From: a virus
Virus record (IMG/VR): IMGVR_UViG_3300025137_000014
Span: 96,001 to 160,000 of that record
Direction: 5' to 3' (one strand)
DNA length: 64,000 nt
Each line of letters starts with the position of its first letter. The first letter of the stretch is position 1. Positions 57,355-64,000 of the stretch are shown in pieces. Below the pieces are notes generated by a model, which did not search any database, was not told the origin of the DNA, and was given only the letters and a program-made list of their open reading frames with translations. A program made the position numbers and the translations under genes.

Positions 57355-58258
57355 AGTATTAGTAACAGGTGGCGCAGGTTATATAGGCACAGAATTGGTT
57401 AAACAATTACTTGACAATGGATATGATGTAACAATATTAGATAAAAAAGAAAAGCCTGAATTAACTAGTAGAGTAAAATATATTCAAGGAGATTTACAGA
57501 ATGCCGCACGTTGCGTTATGGCATGTGCAGGTCAAGAATTTGTTATACACCTAGCGGCTAAACCTCGTATACCAGAGAGTTTTATAAACCCTGATGAATA
57601 TTTTGATAATAATGTTACTGGTACACGTAACATACTAACAGCCGCAAGTGCAGTTGGTGTAAGAAAGTTTGTATTTGCTAGTAGTAGTTCTATCTATGGT
57701 AATAATCAAACACCTCACAAACCGTATCATAAACCTGATCCACTAAACTATTATGCAATGACAAAAATATTTGGTGAGCATTTGTGTAAACAATATAAAA
57801 ACATGTTTGGATTGACATATAACATATTACGTTTCTTTACAGTGTATTCAGAAAATCAACCAAACTCTAATACTGGTGGATTAATGATAGGTAAATTTGG
57901 TAGACTTGCTAAAGAAGGAAGTCCGCTAACAATACACGGAGACGGAGAATATAAAAGAGATTACATACATGTTTCTGATGTAGCAAAAGCATGTATTTCA
58001 AGTATTGAGTCAAAAGTAAAAAATGAAATATTTAACGTTGGAACAGGAACTAATATTTCAGTTAATAAAGTAGTAGACATTATAAGAGAGTTTAAAGATG
58101 TTAATGTAACACATGAAGAAAATCCAAGAGGTTATGCAAAAGATACATTAGCTGATGTAAGTAAAGCAAAGAAATTATTAGGGTGGGAAGCTAAAATCAA
58201 TCAAGTAGAAGGAATAAGACAAACGTATAAGGAGATATTTAATGAACAAACCGATTGA
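57338..58258 (+). CDS. NAD-dependent epimerase/dehydratase
   Basis: TGGAGYIG, HLAA, SSSSIYG, YAMTK, RDYIHV. Confidence 0.92.
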   Translation: MKFKAKVLVTGGAGYIGTELVKQLLDNGYDVTILDKKEKPELTSRVKYIQGDLQNAARCVMACAGQEFVIHLAAKPRIPESFINPDEYFDNNVTGTRNILTAASAVGVRKFVFASSSSIYGNNQTPHKPYHKPDPLNYYAMTKIFGEHLCKQYKNMFGLTYNILRFFTVYSENQPNSNTGGLMIGKFGRLAKEGSPLTIHGDGEYKRDYIHVSDVAKACISSIESKVKNEIFNVGTGTNISVNKVVDIIREFKDVNVTHEENPRGYAKDTLADVSKAKKLLGWEAKINQVEGIRQTYKEIFNEQTD

Positions 58259-58565
58259 ACCTATTAGAGAAAAATTAGATGAAAAGATTAAACAACTTAA
58301 CTCTAGTAGAGTATTTAAAAAGGTTACACCTAAATATGATTTATCTTGGTACGTAAAATGGGTTGCATCTGTATTAATATTGATTGCAACTTGTGCCAGA
58401 GCAACAGGCACTATCCCACAAGTAGATTTGTGGTTTGGATTATTTGGGACAATGGGTTGGTTTTGGGTAGGAATGTTATGGCATGATAGAGCATTGATAA
58501 TGCTTAATGGTGTTCTTATTACCTTAATTTTTTCAGGTCTTTTAAATTTCTATTTTGGTGTTTAA
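58242..58565 (+). CDS. small membrane protein (DUF6552-like)
   Basis: LSWYVKWVASVLIL..WHDRALI; three TM segments; family name from recall. Confidence 0.6.
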   Translation: MNKPIEPIREKLDEKIKQLNSSRVFKKVTPKYDLSWYVKWVASVLILIATCARATGTIPQVDLWFGLFGTMGWFWVGMLWHDRALIMLNGVLITLIFSGLLNFYFGV

Positions 58566-58677
58566 ATATGTATTGGGTATGGTATAGAAAATTAAGAAAA
58601 GAAGGATATTCTTGGTGGAACTGTTTGCTATGGGCTAGATATAATAATAAATACTACGACCAAGATGGAAATTATAA

Positions 58678-59529
58678 ATGAGAAATGTAACAGAATTGTA
58701 TTGCCTATCTGATGATATTAATAATTTCATTGCACATATGGTATTATATAATGAGACAACTAATAGTCTAATCTTATCTCAAGGCAAATGCTTGAAAGAA
58801 AAGTCTTCATTTATTTTCATTAAAGATAAGCAAGAAAGAAAGATAAAATTACATTCTGATATCGGACTTAGAGCCGATGATTGTTGGAACTGCGGAGTTG
58901 AGTTAGTTAATTCTTATAGACGCCTAGGGTATTCAGGCAATAAGTGGTATTTAGATAAATTAAGACATGATTATCCTCGGGCTTGGGGAATGTCTCAGGC
59001 TTTCCTAGCAGGCAAGCATTTATGGGTTTGTGAATTTGTTGAAAAGTATAAACTTAAACCGGGACATAAAAGTAGACTTGCAGTAGTAAATGACTTATGG
59101 GAAAATATAGGGCTATATGACATATCAAAGTATTTGTATACATTTATGGGCTTTGAAGAAGAAATGGATAAATGGATTACTAACTGTATCAAGTTACGAT
59201 ATATGCTTATTATGAATGCAGGTATAGATCCAATTAGTATAACATATTATCATCCATTGGTTCATTTTAAAAATCTTAAAATTCCAGCTGGAATAAATTT
59301 TAAAACATTGACAATTAATACAAATAAAGAAAAAGATACAGAATTGTATGCTGATACATCTATAGATTATAAAGATTTATTTATTGAACCAAAATCAGAA
59401 GCTATTAGAGAATTATACAAACATTTAAGAAATGAAGAAACATTTGATGCTAAACCTAATTACATAGTTAGTAAGTTTAAATCTTATCATCTTATAAGTT
59501 TAGGATTATTAGAAGATGCCAAAAAGTGA
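58678..59529 (+). CDS. hypothetical protein
   Basis: 283 aa. Confidence 0.6.
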   Translation: MRNVTELYCLSDDINNFIAHMVLYNETTNSLILSQGKCLKEKSSFIFIKDKQERKIKLHSDIGLRADDCWNCGVELVNSYRRLGYSGNKWYLDKLRHDYPRAWGMSQAFLAGKHLWVCEFVEKYKLKPGHKSRLAVVNDLWENIGLYDISKYLYTFMGFEEEMDKWITNCIKLRYMLIMNAGIDPISITYYHPLVHFKNLKIPAGINFKTLTINTNKEKDTELYADTSIDYKDLFIEPKSEAIRELYKHLRNEETFDAKPNYIVSKFKSYHLISLGLLEDAKK

Positions 59530-60442
59530 TAAACTAAAATTACTCATAATAGGACCTGGCGCGGCCAGTAATTTTATTAGTTCAAGAATAATAAGTGCAG
59601 ATACAATACAAATCGATTCAGATACTAATGAATATTATAATGTGAGAGACTACAGTGAAATGACTGATTCAGCATTATTAGATTATATCAATAAAAATAC
59701 AGTTAAGAAACCACACACTATTCATAGTTTAGAACGTGTTGCTAAATTATTAGATTCATTTGATTGGGAAACAGGAGAGCATAATTCTACTGTGCAAGGA
59801 CATGAATATACTATCGCAGTAGAGAAAATTAAAGAATCGTGGGAAACATGTGAGCATAACAGAATGGCAGTTTTTTGGCTTGAATCACTCTACAAAGGCA
59901 TGTATCAGTTTAAAAATATTAGTAAGCATATTGATATTTTAAATAATGCTGATTGGTGGAAAGAAGCAGAGAGATTCATATTTGATTGGCAAATTGCAGG
60001 ATGGTCAATGCACTATAAAGAAGATAGTAAGTTGCATTCTATCGAACATTATTTAAGTAAAAATGAAAAAATAAATGATAAAATGGCAGAAATAGTCAAC
60101 ATAGGGGTGTTACATGTAGACGGAACTACTACGTCCTTTATCACAGATATACTAAATATGAAACATATGTCTGAGAATATTAAAAATAATTTACCGCCGG
60201 TATCTACATCATTGCGTCCAAATACATATGAAATGGGCTGGGCTGATATAATATTTGATTATAAGAAGTTGTTCTTTTATAATGATCCTAAAGAACTATA
60301 TAATTTATTTAACTTTTTTGATAAGGGTAAATACTTTAAAGATAATGAGAAAAAAGAAATAAACGCATTTCGTGATTACCATATAAGAAACGTAAACTAT
60401 TATGTTGATAATTGGGAACAAATGAGCGAGGAGGCTAAATGA
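59516..60442 (+). CDS. hypothetical protein
   Basis: 308 aa, overlaps neighbours. Confidence 0.6.
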   Translation: MPKSDKLKLLIIGPGAASNFISSRIISADTIQIDSDTNEYYNVRDYSEMTDSALLDYINKNTVKKPHTIHSLERVAKLLDSFDWETGEHNSTVQGHEYTIAVEKIKESWETCEHNRMAVFWLESLYKGMYQFKNISKHIDILNNADWWKEAERFIFDWQIAGWSMHYKEDSKLHSIEHYLSKNEKINDKMAEIVNIGVLHVDGTTTSFITDILNMKHMSENIKNNLPPVSTSLRPNTYEMGWADIIFDYKKLFFYNDPKELYNLFNFFDKGKYFKDNEKKEINAFRDYHIRNVNYYVDNWEQMSEEAK

Positions 60443-60954
60443 CAGTTTTAACACTGATTGATGAAACAGACAAAAGACTAAGACAAGTATGTACTAAACA
60501 CAAGATAGATGATGCTACAGAAAAGCTAGTATATGATATGATTGTAACTATGCAAGATAATGATGGTATTGGTCTGGCGGCACCACAGTTAGGTGTTATG
60601 GAACAGATATTTGTCATAGGCCATAAAGATGCAGGGTTTGTTGTTTGTATAAACCCAAGTTGGACTCCAACTACAGATGCCAAGTTAGAAAAGTTTGTAG
60701 AAGGCTGTTTAAGTTTTCCGCATTTAGCATTGAATATAGAAAGATATAATCAAGTACATTGTACATTTACTAATTTGCAAGGTGAAATACAAACTCGTTT
60801 ATTTAATGGAGTATGGGCTCAAGCAGTACAGCATGAACATGACCATTTAATGGGTATAACATTTGATAAAAGAGCAAAGACAAGTCAACTAAGCAGAGCA
60901 TTAGCAAAACGTAGAGAGAAATTAAAAAGAATTCAAAAGAGAAGCAATGATTAA
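60439..60954 (+). CDS. def: peptide deformylase
   Basis: GIGLAAPQLG, EGCLS, QHEHDH. Confidence 0.95.
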   Translation: MTVLTLIDETDKRLRQVCTKHKIDDATEKLVYDMIVTMQDNDGIGLAAPQLGVMEQIFVIGHKDAGFVVCINPSWTPTTDAKLEKFVEGCLSFPHLALNIERYNQVHCTFTNLQGEIQTRLFNGVWAQAVQHEHDHLMGITFDKRAKTSQLSRALAKRREKLKRIQKRSND

Positions 60955-61865
60955 TGGACTATTCTAACTATACATTATTAAGTGTAGGATGTAGTTTTAC
61001 ATTTGGGCAGGGCACTATTGCTGATTATAAAGGTGGACCCAACGAAAGAAAAGTTTGGCATAAAGCATGTAATGAACTTTCTTATACTTCACATGTTGGT
61101 AAACGTTTAAAGTTTAAAAAGGTTGTTAACTTAGGTACGCCTGCAGGTAGTAATGAACTTGCATTACTTAATATGAATACTTGGTTAGACAGAAATAAAG
61201 GCGAGAATGTTTTTATATTATTCAGTTTAGCTGATCCACAAAGAGAAATATTCTTTCCTAAAGTAATAGGTTTAGGTGATACTACTACTCCTAACAGTAA
61301 TGGACTAGAAGTATTCAATTCATCACATCCGCTTGGCATTTCAAAAAAGGCACTGGAAGTGTTTTATACAGAAATTAATACTGAGGTTACTATGACATTT
61401 AAAAACTGGTTATTTAGAAAGCAACTAAGTTCAGTATTGAAGTATAGAAACTTACCACACTTAGTATTTCATTCATTTGATCCTATGGATATCAGAATTA
61501 CTAAACTAAGAAAGCAATTTAGAATGGCCCAAGGATCAACACATTGGCATGATTTAGATATTATACCAAACTTTGTAGAGTGGATGAAAACAATAGAAGA
61601 TGAACCTACTTTTGATAACTATCTAAGTATTAATCGAATTAATGCTCTTAGTAAAGATGTATTTGGAAAAGCAATCAATAAAGATATATACAAAATAGAA
61701 GACTACTTACATACTGTATGTAAGACACATAAAGAAGCGTTTTTTAAAGACCGTGATAGATATGCAGTAAAGCACCATATGTCATGGCATGACGGTAGTC
61801 ATTACAATGCAACCGCTCAGAGGATACTGGGACAGCTATTGGTATCACAAATAGCACAAAAATAA
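60954..61865 (+). CDS. SGNH hydrolase-like hypothetical protein
   Basis: VGCSFTFG, VNLGTPAGSN, HDGSHYN. Confidence 0.5.
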   Translation: MDYSNYTLLSVGCSFTFGQGTIADYKGGPNERKVWHKACNELSYTSHVGKRLKFKKVVNLGTPAGSNELALLNMNTWLDRNKGENVFILFSLADPQREIFFPKVIGLGDTTTPNSNGLEVFNSSHPLGISKKALEVFYTEINTEVTMTFKNWLFRKQLSSVLKYRNLPHLVFHSFDPMDIRITKLRKQFRMAQGSTHWHDLDIIPNFVEWMKTIEDEPTFDNYLSINRINALSKDVFGKAINKDIYKIEDYLHTVCKTHKEAFFKDRDRYAVKHHMSWHDGSHYNATAQRILGQLLVSQIAQK

Positions 61866-61929
61866 CTAAAGAATCAACTAAATACAATAGGGTATGGTAT
61901 TATATTATACCCTAAATAAGGAGATTAAT

Positions 61930-62091
61930 ATGATGAAATGGATAAAAGATAGAACCAAAGAAAGAACATCATGGGATGGTGCAGTTTGTATTGCACTAGG
62001 ACTTATGATTTTATTCATGGCTCCATTGGCAAAAATAGCGGCAGGCCTTGCCGTTGCTTGGGGAGTTTGGACAATCTGGAAATCAGAGTAA
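61930..62091 (+). CDS. small membrane protein
   Basis: SD AAGGAG; KERTSWDG followed by two hydrophobic segments. Confidence 0.7.
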   Translation: MMKWIKDRTKERTSWDGAVCIALGLMILFMAPLAKIAAGLAVAWGVWTIWKSE

Positions 62092-62215
62092 GATTGTGAA
62101 ATTTTCTGTATGACACCTTAGTTAATCTTTGGTGTCATGCACAGAAACATACCTAGAGATAGTAACTGTATTCGATGGTTACTTCAAAACTATAGTAAAT
62201 CATATGAGGCATTAA

Positions 62216-62467
62216 TTGGAAAATACTATACCACCTAGACTAATACTCTTGTCTGAATTTTTAGACCAGGGCAAACGAAAAGAACAAGAAATAAGCTACT
62301 ACGAAAAGGAACTAGCAAAGATTACAGAAAAACTATATTGGCTACGTAGAGAAAAAGATTTAACAGAAACAATTATCAATATAATCACCCAAGAAAAAGT
62401 TGTCGATATTAAAGAAGAAATGGAAAAAAGATATATAGCAGAAAAAGAAAGTAAAGAAGAAAGCTAG
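62216..62467 (+). CDS. coiled-coil hypothetical protein
   Basis: TTG start with SD GAGG. Confidence 0.6.
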   Translation: MENTIPPRLILLSEFLDQGKRKEQEISYYEKELAKITEKLYWLRREKDLTETIINIITQEKVVDIKEEMEKRYIAEKESKEES

Positions 62468-62483
62468 AATATAGGGGAATCAT

Positions 62484-62765
62484 TTGAGTACAATAAATAA
62501 CATAGTCAATTTGCAAGGCATAAGTCAAAATATGCCTTTCAATACTATCACATTTCCCAACAGTGAGAATATTAATCCTCCTGTTAAGAAAGAGGCGAGA
62601 AGGGTCGTAGAACCTTCTACGAGAAACGATGTAAGTATGGAACTACTTAGACAATGGCATGAAAAGAGGTATGTCTTTCAAATGATTTTACATGATGAAA
62701 GACTTAGAGCATATGTTAATGATGAAATTGAGCAAGGCAGAATTGTGGATATTGAGGTAAAGTAA
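62484..62765 (+). CDS. hypothetical protein
   Basis: TTG start; GRIVDIEV C-terminus. Confidence 0.55.
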   Translation: MSTINNIVNLQGISQNMPFNTITFPNSENINPPVKKEARRVVEPSTRNDVSMELLRQWHEKRYVFQMILHDERLRAYVNDEIEQGRIVDIEVK

Positions 62766-63139
62766 TGTTATTTTTATTCTATCTTACAGTTAGCTTAATC
62801 GTTACCTCAGGATTAATTATATATTTCAGAGAACATTTAAGAAAACAGATTGGCTGGTATTTACTAGGAATGATAACGTTTATGGTCGTTACAAATTTTA
62901 GTGAATACTGGTGGATGATGTTTATAAGTTTGGTAGTTTTTCTTCAAGTTCCACCATTTAGTGTTGAAGAAAAACTACTCAATAAGGCCGCTAATTCGGA
63001 CAATAGGTTCAAGAGGTGGCAACGGAAGAAAGGTAAATTAGTGCAATTTCTAGTATATATTTTAGGATTAATACTAGCGAGTGCATTTGTTACTTGGCTT
63101 GCGGGAGATGGAAATATCCATTTCATTTTAGTAGGATAG
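62765..63139 (+). CDS. membrane protein
   Basis: Four hydrophobic segments. Confidence 0.6.
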   Translation: MLFLFYLTVSLIVTSGLIIYFREHLRKQIGWYLLGMITFMVVTNFSEYWWMMFISLVVFLQVPPFSVEEKLLNKAANSDNRFKRWQRKKGKLVQFLVYILGLILASAFVTWLAGDGNIHFILVG

Positions 63140-63142
63140 CTA

Positions 63143-63172
63143 TTGACATGTCAATACAACCTATGTTATAAT
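63143..63172 (+). promoter_or_regulatory. sigma70-type promoter with palindromic -35 region
   Basis: TTGACA-18-TATAAT; ttgacatgtcaa palindrome. Confidence 0.6.
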
Positions 63173-63230
63173 ACAGAATATGATGCACAATTCGTGTGTT
63201 TTATTGTTTAATAAACTTAAGGAGGATGTA

Positions 63231-63584
63231 ATGAAAACATCAATTATTGGACTGCTAGTCGCAGTCTTTTTTTCTGCAAACGCAATGGCAGAAGAATCAA
63301 ATGTAACAACAAATATCGATTGGTCTTTAAAACTTGAAAGACAAGTAGAAGCACAAGCCAACACAGGCGAACTAATGGGTACTATGGCTGTTTTTGGACT
63401 AGACGTATCAGCAGGCGGTCTATGGAATATTGACAAAACAGGTGAAGACTTTATTGACATGAATAAAATTATGTTGAATGCAAGTCGTTCATTGTCTGAC
63501 AATGCAAGTGTCTATATAAAGAATGATTTTGATACTGATTGGGATAGAACTGAGTCAACTATTGGTCTACAGCTTACATTTTAA
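63231..63584 (+). CDS. secreted/outer-membrane beta-strand protein
   Basis: SD AAGGAGG; signal peptide ending ANAMA; alternating beta pattern; C-terminal Phe. Confidence 0.6.
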   Translation: MKTSIIGLLVAVFFSANAMAEESNVTTNIDWSLKLERQVEAQANTGELMGTMAVFGLDVSAGGLWNIDKTGEDFIDMNKIMLNASRSLSDNASVYIKNDFDTDWDRTESTIGLQLTF

Positions 63585-63588
63585 TTTG

Positions 63589-63617
63589 TTGACAAAAACA
63601 CCACTATAGTGTATAAA
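63589..63617 (+). promoter_or_regulatory. sigma70-type promoter for the tmRNA gene
   Basis: TTGACA-17-TATAAA. Confidence 0.8.
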
Positions 63618-63623
63618 TATAGA

Positions 63624-63910
63624 TGTTAACGTTGAAGCAACGTAGACACATACTGGACTGGGGGGCAGTACCCCACAGCTCCACCATAATTACTTTGTAG
63701 CGTAAAAACTACAAATTTACGGCATAGAGTAATTATGATGGGGCTGATATAGGATCGACAGGTGTGAAAGTGAAGTGGAGTTGACCGAGTGACTTCGTTA
63801 TTGGTCAAAAACTATAATTGCAAACGCAAATTATCAGCCAGAAATGGCAATGGCGGCCTAATTTAGGCACGTAGGGGTTGGTGACTTACCTGGCAACAGA
63901 AAAGTCATGT
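63624..63910 (+). ncRNA. ssrA: circularly permuted two-piece tmRNA; tag (A)ANANYQPEMAMAA
   Basis: Acceptor piece ends CAGCTCC-ACCA (63676-63686). Coding piece starts GGGGCTG (63740), giving a G3-U70 alanine identity pair. Pseudoknot at 63772-63808; tag ORF at 63820-63861. Outer ends approximate. Confidence 0.93.
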
Positions 63911-63938
63911 TTTATTTAGGAGTGGGTATTAATATCAT

Positions 63939-64000
63939 ATGGCATATGTAGTTACAGAGGATTGTATCAAATGTAAATACACAGATTGTGTAGAAGTTTG
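63939..64000 (+). CDS. fdxA: ferredoxin (FdxA, 7Fe type), 3'-truncated
   Basis: MAYVVTEDCIKCKYTDCVEV; SD AGGAG. Confidence 0.88.
   Translation, partial: MAYVVTEDCIKCKYTDCVEV

Noticed and set aside
1191-63502. Many minus-strand or alternate-frame ORFs in the track (e.g. 3366-3710, 8975-9418, 14659-15069, 38473-38958, 43516-44046, 46835-47224, 63161-63502)
   Set aside because: They lie wholly within or opposite well-supported genes and show the Ser/Leu/Phe-rich composition of antisense shadows.
63626-63808. 60-aa minus-strand ORF
   Set aside because: Antisense to the tmRNA gene, with no protein-like features.
1-64000. Stop-codon reassignment (TAG or TGA recoding seen in some large phages)
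   Set aside because: Core genes are full length under code 11, and TAG and TGA terminate conserved genes such as nrdB and terL.
1-64000. CRISPR array, IS element, integrase, rRNA
   Set aside because: No regularly spaced repeats, transposase or integrase motifs, or rRNA signatures seen by eye.

Overview
AT-rich, gene-dense 64-kb segment of a large (jumbo-type) T4-related myovirus genome, almost all on the + strand. Core genes: gp4-like head completion nuclease, large terminase, gp32 SSB, UvsX/UvsY/UvsW, NrdA/NrdB, primase, gp41/DnaB helicase, a miniature DnaE-like polymerase, PD-(D/E)XK exonuclease, PAAR spike and many probable virion proteins. Auxiliary genes: amidinotransferase, QueD, SufT, PRTase, Prs, PsiE, ClpP, YggX, peptide deformylase, ferredoxin, several 2OG-Fe(II) oxygenases, and a divergent radical SAM/ACP/hydrolase plus oxygenase/desaturase cluster. 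RNA genes: tRNA-Arg(ACG) and a circularly permuted two-piece tmRNA. The tmRNA type and several small proteins point to a marine alphaproteobacterial host (inference). Two promoter classes are visible: sigma70-like promoters, five of which place an ATG 6-7 nt after the -10 box (leaderless mRNAs, mostly replication genes), and a recurrent T4-late-like GATAAATA motif. No CRISPR array, IS element, rRNA, intron or intein was seen. All product calls come from motif recognition, not database searches.
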